A DNA stretch of 64,000 nucleotides from IMG/VR virus record IMGVR_UViG_3300021387_000661, positions 96,001-160,000 of that record; one strand, written 5' to 3'. The DNA is from a virus (Duplodnaviria; Caudoviricetes). Each line of letters starts with the position of its first letter. The stretch's first letter is position 1. Shown in pieces: positions 37,884 to 45,662 of the stretch. A program made the translations under genes and the position numbers. The notes below the pieces were generated by a model. The model had not been told where the DNA came from, did no database searches, and saw only the letters and a program-made list of their open reading frames with translations.

Positions 37884-38225
37884 ATGAATAAGAAAGCAAT
37901 AAATACCTGTGAGGACGGAACTTGCAGAACCATTGTTGCCTGGTATGCCAAAGGCGGACGAAGTAATTTCGCAGCTTGGAATGGACCAGACAGGTTTTTA
38001 ATGACAGCAGTCCTTGAAGAATATGACCCATTTGAGTGTATGGAACTTAAAGAAAGATATATAGTTGACCACCAGGGATATGGCCAGGCAAATCCAAAGC
38101 CAGGGTCTCATATGGTCATTTCATCCAGTAAGGATGTATGTACTACTTTAACTACCTTCTGTGGTCTAAACAAAGCAGTAGTTGAGGTTTATGAAGATGA
38201 TGAAAATTCAGATAGTGATAAATAA
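37884..38225 (+). CDS. Stand-alone tandem target-recognition-domain-like protein
   Basis: Two TRD-like units: INTCEDGTCRTIVAWYAK...TAVLE and DVCTTLTTFCG..KAVVE. Confidence 0.6.
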   Translation: MNKKAINTCEDGTCRTIVAWYAKGGRSNFAAWNGPDRFLMTAVLEEYDPFECMELKERYIVDHQGYGQANPKPGSHMVISSSKDVCTTLTTFCGLNKAVVEVYEDDENSDSDK

Positions 38226-38261
38226 ATTTGTTATTATTAAGAATTTATAATTAAATTGATT

Positions 38262-39011
38262 ATGGAAACTGAAAAGAAAGTATCAAGGAACTCTGAAATA
38301 TTCAGGGATGTACTGGAAAGTAAGGGTCTGACATATGCAGATGTATATAGAATCCTCAATTGTGCCGGGATAACTAAATATAATTATATCTTGGATAAGG
38401 ATGGTAATTTTATTGAACAGGAGAATGAAAAATATCTTGGTAAGAGGAGTTTTCATAGTGCTGATGATGGTGCAAGAACACCATTTGAATGTAAAGTGGA
38501 CTGTGTAGTTGGTAATATCCAGGAAGATTTGTTTTGTCTTGATAATAGGGATTTTACTCCAAATTCTGAAGCAACAAACATAAATGTGAAATCAGATAGT
38601 GGGATTACGACAGAAAAACTTGATCTCATTCATAAACCTACTGGTGCCGAGGTTGAATTAAAGACCAGTAGATGTATGGAAATAAATGAGAAATATAATA
38701 CTGTTATATACAAACATCGTGATGCGAAGTTCGCAGAATATTTGAGGAAAGGACACATTATGATTGTTGATTTTCCATATCTTAAAAAAGTTGCGGTCTT
38801 TGATTATAGGAACTTCAAGGATAAGGAAAGGGGAATTTTCAAGGGATCTGTCAATGTCATTAAACCAGATTGGGTTGATGATTGGGGAAAGCATTGGGAC
38901 ATTGTATCGATATGGTCTGGGTTGCTGATTGATTATGATATGATGAAAGGAGGTAATTATAAAATAAGCGATAAGGTTTCATATTTGGTAAATAGTAAAG
39001 GAGTCAAGTAA
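38262..39011 (+). CDS. Putative PD-(D/E)xK (restriction-like) nuclease
   Basis: GNIQE...KLDL...EVELKTS spacing. Confidence 0.45.
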   Translation: METEKKVSRNSEIFRDVLESKGLTYADVYRILNCAGITKYNYILDKDGNFIEQENEKYLGKRSFHSADDGARTPFECKVDCVVGNIQEDLFCLDNRDFTPNSEATNINVKSDSGITTEKLDLIHKPTGAEVELKTSRCMEINEKYNTVIYKHRDAKFAEYLRKGHIMIVDFPYLKKVAVFDYRNFKDKERGIFKGSVNVIKPDWVDDWGKHWDIVSIWSGLLIDYDMMKGGNYKISDKVSYLVNSKGVK

Positions 39012-39074
39012 TTGACTTCTTTTTTTTTAAGATTTTGTTATCTTTATACCATAAGAAACTATAATAAGTTAAAT

Positions 39075-39230
39075 ATGGGTTCAAACAAATTGATAACTGT
39101 TGTTATCCCAAGTGATGAAGAAATTGAAAGACTGAAGGAACTGGGTATTGATATAGAATCACATCTTGTCAGGGTGTTCGTTGATGAATTACATAACAGG
39201 TTACATCCTGGAGATAAAATACAAAAATAG
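39075..39230 (+). CDS. Small hypothetical protein (paralog of 54878-55033)
   Basis: ELGIDIESHLVRVFVDELH. Confidence 0.6.
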   Translation: MGSNKLITVVIPSDEEIERLKELGIDIESHLVRVFVDELHNRLHPGDKIQK

Positions 39231-39236
39231 TTAGAT

Positions 39237-39575
39237 ATGAAATTGTATATTTTATTGGTGTCTGAATATTCTGGTCCTGCATTTGCATATAATGATAGTC
39301 CCTTGATATTCACTGATGAATCAAAAGTGAACAAGAAAAAGGATGAGATTGATTCTGATATAGACAAGACAGTTTATATGTATAGTGAAGATGTTGATTG
39401 TAGTCCTGGTGATTTGATATATGTCATTTCAGTAGGTCAGTATGTGGATGATGAATATATAAACAAGGAAGTTAAATTCTTCAAGACTATAGATGATGCT
39501 TATGAATATATCAAAACAGTAAAGAATACTGAAAATTATAAATTTTTATACACATCCGAATATTTTGTAAGATGA
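39237..39575 (+). CDS. Hypothetical protein
   Basis: ORF in operon. Confidence 0.6.
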   Translation: MKLYILLVSEYSGPAFAYNDSPLIFTDESKVNKKKDEIDSDIDKTVYMYSEDVDCSPGDLIYVISVGQYVDDEYINKEVKFFKTIDDAYEYIKTVKNTENYKFLYTSEYFVR

Positions 39576-40138
39576 AGATATTATTGACCAATTCAATGGC
39601 AGATGAACTGCTGTATAATGAAGACCAGATAAAGAATCAGATCGGTGCATACAGACCTCATTATGACCTGGTTACAAAGAGTTATCTACCTGTCATCAAG
39701 TGTTGGCCACTTGAAGATTTCAAAGGTAAATTTAACCAGGAAAGAGAAGTTATTCCAGGAATGGAGAATGAGGTTGCAGACATTGCTCTGGCAACCATGC
39801 AGGATGATATTATTGAATATAAGGTGAGTCCTGTCATTTGGAAGAAAGGAACTCTTGATAACTACAACATCCTGATATATACTCCAAAATTTGATAACAA
39901 GACCATACTCATCACTTCTCCTAACCAGAAAGATTTCTTTGATAAGTTGAAGGAATATCAGATTGTATCAGATACTGACCTTGAAGAGAGGAACAGACAA
40001 AGAATAGCCTGGGATCCATTCATTATTAACAATATTGACAAGTGGTTCTCAAAGTACCAGGGTATTTGCACTTATATCTATCTTATTGGAGATGGTATTG
40101 CAGCTACCGGGAAATGGGACAATAAAAAGGAATGGTAG
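39572..40138 (+). CDS. Hypothetical protein
   Basis: ORF in operon. Confidence 0.65.
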   Translation: MKILLTNSMADELLYNEDQIKNQIGAYRPHYDLVTKSYLPVIKCWPLEDFKGKFNQEREVIPGMENEVADIALATMQDDIIEYKVSPVIWKKGTLDNYNILIYTPKFDNKTILITSPNQKDFFDKLKEYQIVSDTDLEERNRQRIAWDPFIINNIDKWFSKYQGICTYIYLIGDGIAATGKWDNKKEW

Positions 40139-40401
40139 TTATGGGTTACAGAGTACCAGAAGAATATATAAACAGGAGAGATGTTCAACTACACTTCTAT
40201 TGGCCATATAATAGTATAGAAATTGAACTTTCAAAGAATATCAAGGATGTAATTGCTACTTGGCCAAAAAATAAGCAGAGAAATATTCTGTCTGATATAA
40301 AGACCTCTGTTGAGTATGCCTGTCTATTTGAACAGGCTACACATGATACTTTTGAACAGGGGTATTATCAGATTTTTACTACATTGAGACAAGTTTATTA
40401 G
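40132..40401 (+). CDS. Hypothetical protein
   Basis: ORF in operon. Confidence 0.55.
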   Translation: MVVMGYRVPEEYINRRDVQLHFYWPYNSIEIELSKNIKDVIATWPKNKQRNILSDIKTSVEYACLFEQATHDTFEQGYYQIFTTLRQVY

Positions 40402-40403
40402 TT

Positions 40404-41027
40404 ATGGAAACAAGTAAGAGAAGACCTACTATTGCGATAGATGTTGACGGGGTATTGAGGAATAACCTTGGTATCCTTGTCAAGTTGTATAATGACACTT
40501 ACAGGAATGTCTATCACAAGAATCTGGATATGACTGTTGATGATGTCAAGAAGTTTAAGGTGGAAGAATCATTCCCATTGGTGGAAGAGATGACACATGT
40601 GAAACCAAGTGACTTCTTCTTCTGTCTAAATGCAAAACAGGTGTTCCTGGATGCTCCTGCATATGACAACATCAATGATTGTATCAACAGACTGAAGGAG
40701 GTTGCAGATGTGGTCATTGTCACTTATCAGAAGGACTATACCAACAAGAAATATGCTCTTGAGTGGTTGCAGAGAAATAATATTGACCCTAATGGTATCT
40801 GTTTTGTAAGGGATAAGACATTGATACATGCAGATGCACTTATTGATGATAATGACTGGAACTTTCTTGGAACTCATTGTGGCACAGCAGTTTTGGTTAC
40901 TCAACCTTATAATGAGGATGTAAACTTAGATGAACTCATTACCAAGACCAACAGTAAGCAGATAGTGAGGGTTGATTCATTCGAGGACTTCACTGTCAAA
41001 TATCTTAATGGAGAGATAGTATTATGA
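40404..41027 (+). CDS. 5'(3')-deoxyribonucleotidase (NT5C-type HAD)
   Basis: IAIDVDGVL, IVT, K..WL, DK and LIDD motifs. Confidence 0.8.
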   Translation: METSKRRPTIAIDVDGVLRNNLGILVKLYNDTYRNVYHKNLDMTVDDVKKFKVEESFPLVEEMTHVKPSDFFFCLNAKQVFLDAPAYDNINDCINRLKEVADVVIVTYQKDYTNKKYALEWLQRNNIDPNGICFVRDKTLIHADALIDDNDWNFLGTHCGTAVLVTQPYNEDVNLDELITKTNSKQIVRVDSFEDFTVKYLNGEIVL

Positions 41028-41212
41028 TACAAATAAGGACATTTACAGGTTATTCTGAAGAGGACTGTATAAGGGAAATCAATAATGAATTAAATGAAGA
41101 CCAGGTTATCAACATCATTCCTTGCAGACCAAAGGAAATGGAGGGATATGATGAATATGACAGGTGGTGTGTATATTCAATGAAAGTGATTTATAAAGAT
41201 GGTATAGTATGA
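41024..41212 (+). CDS. Hypothetical protein
   Basis: ORF in operon. Confidence 0.5.
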   Translation: MIQIRTFTGYSEEDCIREINNELNEDQVINIIPCRPKEMEGYDEYDRWCVYSMKVIYKDGIV

Positions 41213-41553
41213 AATCATGGAAGAACAAAAAAGATGGTGGAAGGGTAAAGATATTTGGTAAAGTTTATTCTCTTAAAGACCTCCAGATGATTGGTCAGGA
41301 AAAGGTTGAGGATGACCTTCTTGAATGGATAAACCAGGATTTGGATTATATCTGTGACTGCTCAACGGTGAGGTTTTTTGAGATTTACAGATGGAGATTT
41401 CAGAATAAGCAGAACCTTCAATTTGTAGATATCTATGTGAAATATTATCCTGATACAAACACCATTTCATTTAATGGTGACAAGAAGGAAGAGTTTATTT
41501 ACTATCAGAATTATAGTAAGGAAAGAGGAATAGAAAAGAATAGAGGAGAATAA
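41209..41553 (+). CDS. Hypothetical protein
   Basis: ORF in operon. Confidence 0.6.
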   Translation: MKSWKNKKDGGRVKIFGKVYSLKDLQMIGQEKVEDDLLEWINQDLDYICDCSTVRFFEIYRWRFQNKQNLQFVDIYVKYYPDTNTISFNGDKKEEFIYYQNYSKERGIEKNRGE

Positions 41554-41555
41554 AG

Positions 41556-41864
41556 ATGAATAAACCAGAATTATTGACAAAACCCCTACAGGAGGCATTT
41601 ACTATTTCAACAACAGTGATGTTGGGTCAAGGGTTTAAAGAAATCAGGTATATCTTGGTTGAAAACAAGAAATATATTGATGGTATCTTTTACTTTGAAA
41701 ATGATGATTATGATTATATTAATGAGTTTGTTGATAAATTGAATTCTGCAAATTTGAATTCTCTCATCAATGATTTTGATTTTATCACAGGAGACACTGG
41801 ATTTATATTGTTGAGAAAATACAAGAGAGATGATACAAATAGTGATTTCATAAAAAAAGATTAA
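41556..41864 (+). CDS. Hypothetical protein
   Basis: ORF in operon. Confidence 0.55.
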   Translation: MNKPELLTKPLQEAFTISTTVMLGQGFKEIRYILVENKKYIDGIFYFENDDYDYINEFVDKLNSANLNSLINDFDFITGDTGFILLRKYKRDDTNSDFIKKD

Positions 41865-41865
41865 A

Positions 41866-42216
41866 ATGGGTAGAAATATTGCGATTACGGTACCGAAGAC
41901 CATCAAATGGGAACAGTATGAGAAGGAGATAGATGCTGTCAAGGATGGTGAACAGGAGATGAATTATAGACTTCCCACTTTACCAAAGGATACAGAGGTG
42001 GGTGACAGGTGTTATGTGTGTTATAATGGTCAACTCATTGGCTGGATGGAAATAACAGGTATTTCCAAGAGGGATGGTTTTGAGTGTTCCACCACAGGTA
42101 GGAACTGGGATGAAGGAAATTACATTTCCAGGTCTGGAGAGTTCCACTATTTGAAAAATCCTGTTCCTATGAAGGGATTTATGGGGTACAGATATATTGA
42201 CAAAAATTTAGATTAA
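41866..42216 (+). CDS. ASCH/PUA-like domain protein
   Basis: VGDRCYV...IGW and C-terminal PVPMKGFMGYRY. Confidence 0.45.
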   Translation: MGRNIAITVPKTIKWEQYEKEIDAVKDGEQEMNYRLPTLPKDTEVGDRCYVCYNGQLIGWMEITGISKRDGFECSTTGRNWDEGNYISRSGEFHYLKNPVPMKGFMGYRYIDKNLD

Positions 42217-42231
42217 AAATAAACTATTAAA

Positions 42232-42414
42232 ATGAACTATTATGGAAAATTAAAGAATTTAATTAATGTTTTAATTGATGAACCAACCAATGAAAACAGG
42301 AAAACACTTATTAATGAAACCTGGTTGTGGTTGGTTAATGAATATGATAGAACAGACATAAATCATATTGCTTTATTGACAACAATAAAAAATGCTATTA
42401 TTCTTACTGACTAA
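42232..42414 (+). CDS. Hypothetical protein
   Basis: Short ORF. Confidence 0.45.
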   Translation: MNYYGKLKNLINVLIDEPTNENRKTLINETWLWLVNEYDRTDINHIALLTTIKNAIILTD

Positions 42415-42416
42415 AA

Positions 42417-42448
42417 TTTGGATTAGTTGATTATTTTACTTATATTTG
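42417..42448 (+). promoter_or_regulatory. Bacteroidota sigma-A-type promoter (TTTG ... TAnnTTTG)
   Basis: TTTG at 42417-42420 and TATATTTG at 42441-42448. Similar site near 45576-45607. Confidence 0.55.
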
Positions 42449-42469
42449 TAGTAAAGAGATCAATGAATT

Positions 42470-42661
42470 ATGAAAAATGACATCTTATTACTTTTGACTA
42501 TTTTTATAATTGGGGCATTAAATATAGGCCTTGGTACTTCTGGACTTTTATATTCCCAATTGTGGAGTTCAAATTGGTTTATATTTTTCATCAATATTGT
42601 TATTGATGTATTTCTTTTGGTGTTCACTTATAAATTTGCAAAGAAAAGGAACATATTGTGA
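42470..42661 (+). CDS. Small two-TM membrane protein
   Basis: Two hydrophobic helices and a basic tail. Confidence 0.55.
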   Translation: MKNDILLLLTIFIIGALNIGLGTSGLLYSQLWSSNWFIFFINIVIDVFLLVFTYKFAKKRNIL

Positions 42662-42674
42662 AAAAGGATAAGAT

Positions 42675-43562
42675 ATGAGTTTATTTAAAATGAAAGTAAA
42701 ATTACCAAGAGAAGTTGTTATCAATGGTTTCATTGAAGATTTTTTGAATGATTTCCATTATCAGAGTACCAGGCAGAATCTGGATGTTCCTGAACTGCCT
42801 GATGATGTCATTACCAATATCATCAATGAGTATTTCAACAAGAAGACCCTCACAGAGGCAAACAGGTATATCTATGATGTACTTGATGAGTATGTTGATG
42901 GTTCTTATGAGAAGATTGATTGGAACCTGGGAAGACCTGCTGTAGAAGAGACTCCAGCATACAAGGCTTGGAGAAGGCATGCTGACATCTCATCTCTCTG
43001 GTCTGACTGTAAGAGGATGAATGGTATTGAAGAGACCTGGGTGGACTTGAATGGAAAGGCAAACACCAATGAGGAGGCAGCCAAAAAAGCAGCCGACAAG
43101 TGGTGTGAACTCATCTTTGGTTGGCATCTCCAGGACAATGGCGCAATAGATGAAGATCATGCCGGCGGGTTTATGGCCTGTGCTCTTGGTACTGTCCTTG
43201 CTAATAAAAGTAAGGAGAGGATTTCAGAAGATGTGAAGAAAAAGGCTCACAGTCTTTTCTATGAGTATTACTTGCACCAGCTTCACTACAATGAAACCAA
43301 TGACAAGAAAGACATTGATTGGCTGGTGGAGAACCTTCCTGATGATGACAAGAAAGACCCCTTTGACTGGAGGTACTTTGAGTTCAGGTGTGACCTTTAT
43401 TGTGATTATGGTCCAGGTACACCACTTTATCTCATTCTGGTGAATGCCGGTGTAGATAAGAATGCTGCTGGAAACATCTGTCCCTGGAAGACAGGAATTG
43501 ACATCAGAGCAGTGGACAATGCAGTGATGTACAATACTTATCAACATCAAGAAGAATTGTAG
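42675..43562 (+). CDS. Hypothetical protein
   Basis: 295-aa ORF. Confidence 0.75.
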   Translation: MSLFKMKVKLPREVVINGFIEDFLNDFHYQSTRQNLDVPELPDDVITNIINEYFNKKTLTEANRYIYDVLDEYVDGSYEKIDWNLGRPAVEETPAYKAWRRHADISSLWSDCKRMNGIEETWVDLNGKANTNEEAAKKAADKWCELIFGWHLQDNGAIDEDHAGGFMACALGTVLANKSKERISEDVKKKAHSLFYEYYLHQLHYNETNDKKDIDWLVENLPDDDKKDPFDWRYFEFRCDLYCDYGPGTPLYLILVNAGVDKNAAGNICPWKTGIDIRAVDNAVMYNTYQHQEEL

Positions 43563-43725
43563 TTAGAAGACATTGATAATGGAAAATATTGAAGAAATTA
43601 TTGTAAAGTGTCCTTATGAACCACTTTTGAATGTACCTATAAGTTGTACTAAAAATTGTTCAAAGTGTTTATTAAAAGACATGGGTGGTATTTACAATGG
43701 TCCTTGTGGTTATATTGATTAGAAT

Positions 43726-44316
43726 ATGGAAACAAAGGTTAGACGTGTTTTTATTGAAGATGGTTCTTTTGTCATTGAAGAACCAATCAATGTCTTTGAC
43801 AAGAAGTGTCTGGGTGAATGTTGTTTGAAATGTAAATACTCTGAACTTTTATCATATAGAAGTCCAAATGGAATCGGGTGTTGGAGGGTGTCTGATGTGT
43901 GTGGTGAAGGAGACCACAGGTGGTGTATTGACAATGGAAATGAATTCAAATGTACTGATTGGATTGACAAAGAAGCAAAACTTACTCCAAATCTTGATTT
44001 CTGGGTATGCAGGTGTGATTGGGATGATTATTTTGACTTCAGGATTATTGCAGATTATGGAAGAGGACATGTGAGAGTTTCTTTTTATCAAGATGAGATA
44101 ATCATATCTGACTTGTTTGTCAGGGTGGATAAAAGAGGGGAAAGATATGGTACTGCACTTTTGGATTATGTTGATGAACTGGTACAGAAGTTTGGTAAAG
44201 GAAAACAGGCAAGCATATCTGCATTGACTAATTGGGAGAAGGAATGGTATACCAGAAGAGGATATAAGATTATAGATAAATTAGATAAAGGAAAATATAA
44301 TTATGTTGAAGAATAA
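43726..44316 (+). CDS. Cys-rich protein with C-terminal GNAT acetyltransferase domain
   Basis: LFVRVDKRGERYGTALL and WYTRRGY. Confidence 0.65.
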   Translation: METKVRRVFIEDGSFVIEEPINVFDKKCLGECCLKCKYSELLSYRSPNGIGCWRVSDVCGEGDHRWCIDNGNEFKCTDWIDKEAKLTPNLDFWVCRCDWDDYFDFRIIADYGRGHVRVSFYQDEIIISDLFVRVDKRGERYGTALLDYVDELVQKFGKGKQASISALTNWEKEWYTRRGYKIIDKLDKGKYNYVEE

Positions 44317-44692
44317 GGAAAACAGCAATACAAGTAGGGTGAAGTTCATCTCTTATACAGGTGAATACCCCAATCTCTGTTCCGGTGTTCTCACATTGGA
44401 AATAGATGGTGTACAATACAAGTTCGGACATAACTATATGGCACACCACTACAATGAAAAAACAGGCACATGGAGATATACTGATGAAGATCCGAGCAAC
44501 CCCAATTTCAATAGTTTCTGGACTTCTGGAGGTTCTGTAACTCATAATAAAAACTGGGACTGGAATGTTCAACATGGAGAATGGGAGATAGATGTAGAAG
44601 AACTTCCGGAACAGTTCTGGGATGTGGCTGATGAGATTGACGAAGTAATTAACGAAAATATTCCTGATGGTTGTTGTGGGGGATGTATTTGA
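44303..44692 (+). CDS. Conserved-looking hypothetical protein
   Basis: YTGEYPNLCSG ... GCCGGCI. Confidence 0.65.
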   Translation: MLKNKENSNTSRVKFISYTGEYPNLCSGVLTLEIDGVQYKFGHNYMAHHYNEKTGTWRYTDEDPSNPNFNSFWTSGGSVTHNKNWDWNVQHGEWEIDVEELPEQFWDVADEIDEVINENIPDGCCGGCI

Positions 44693-44695
44693 ATT

Positions 44696-44722
44696 AAAGT
44701 GAGGTATGTTCCTCACTTTTTT
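44696..44722 (+). terminator. Repeated terminator family, copy 1
   Basis: AAAGTGAGG-TATGTT-CCTCACTTT plus T-run. Confidence 0.8.
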
Positions 44723-44755
44723 CATAAATACTGAATAAGAATATATTATATTATT

Positions 44756-45111
44756 ATGGAAACTGTAAAAAAAACTTTAAAGAATTCTCAAATGGTAATC
44801 AATCTAATAAATTGTTAATAGATTTATATGATGCTGTTGATGGATTGGTTGCTGATAAATTTACATTCTTGGATTTTGACCATGATGGAATGGGTTTAAT
44901 AACAACTATTGAACTTGATGATGATGAAGAAATTTATTGCATTATTAAAAAATATGAAGATGAAGGTCCACAAAGAGTAGATAAAATTAATGTTCAATAT
45001 AATTTGTCAAAACCGGGCGGTGTATTATTTTCAATTGATGGTGGTGGATATATTCCAGTTGAAAATATTGTCATTGACCAAGAATTGATAGATAATATTA
45101 AGAATTTATAG
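44756..45111 (+). CDS. Probable internal head protein, frame broken at an A8 tract (or TTG start at 44812)
   Basis: Late motif at 44723. ATG at 44756 joins the 44812 frame by a -1 shift at A8 (44767-44774), giving METVKKNFKEF. Confidence 0.55.
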
Positions 45112-45119
45112 AAAAGAGT

Positions 45120-45440
45120 ATGGTAAAGACATTTAAAGAATTCATAAAAGAATCCCATACCATCCAAGTTGATTTGGATAAGGAGACTGTAACTGATGTG
45201 GAGTTGTTTGATAATGGTGATGCAAACTATTATTTCACAACTGATGAACCTCTTCCTGATAACAGTGCTACAATGGAGGCATTCCTGGAGATGGTTGACA
45301 ATACAGATGAGAGTATTGAATGGGATTATGATGGAAGCCAGGCATTTGGTAAGATGAGAAATGGGAGAACCATACAGATAGATGCTGGTGGTGATGGAGA
45401 TTTTACACACCATCTGGTCAGTGTTACAATAGTTAAATGA
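45120..45440 (+). CDS. Probable internal head protein
   Basis: N-terminus MVKTFKEFIKES resembles the T4 capsid-targeting sequence. Confidence 0.65.
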   Translation: MVKTFKEFIKESHTIQVDLDKETVTDVELFDNGDANYYFTTDEPLPDNSATMEAFLEMVDNTDESIEWDYDGSQAFGKMRNGRTIQIDAGGDGDFTHHLVSVTIVK

Positions 45441-45466
45441 AAGTGAGGCAAGTTCCTCACTTTTTT
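45440..45466 (+). terminator. Repeated terminator family, copy 2
   Basis: AAAGTGAGG-CAAGTT-CCTCACTTT plus T-run. Confidence 0.8.
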
Positions 45467-45662
45467 CATACTCCATAAATACCTTGTATATTGAATTTTA
45501 AAATTACAGGTTATGTTACCTGCCTAAATTTGGTTTGAAAGAGTGGAGAATTTTCTTCACTTTTTTGTTGTTTTATTTGGAAATGTAAGAAAATCAAATT
45601 ATCTTTGTAATTGTAAAATACCCATAAATACATTATACACTTAATTTATAAAGATATAGTAT

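Noticed and set aside
33728-38225. Intron- or intein-mediated joining of the MTase pieces
   Set aside because: No intein termini or intron-like non-coding structure seen. The spaces hold ordinary ORFs, and motif IX-X occurs three times upstream of alpha.
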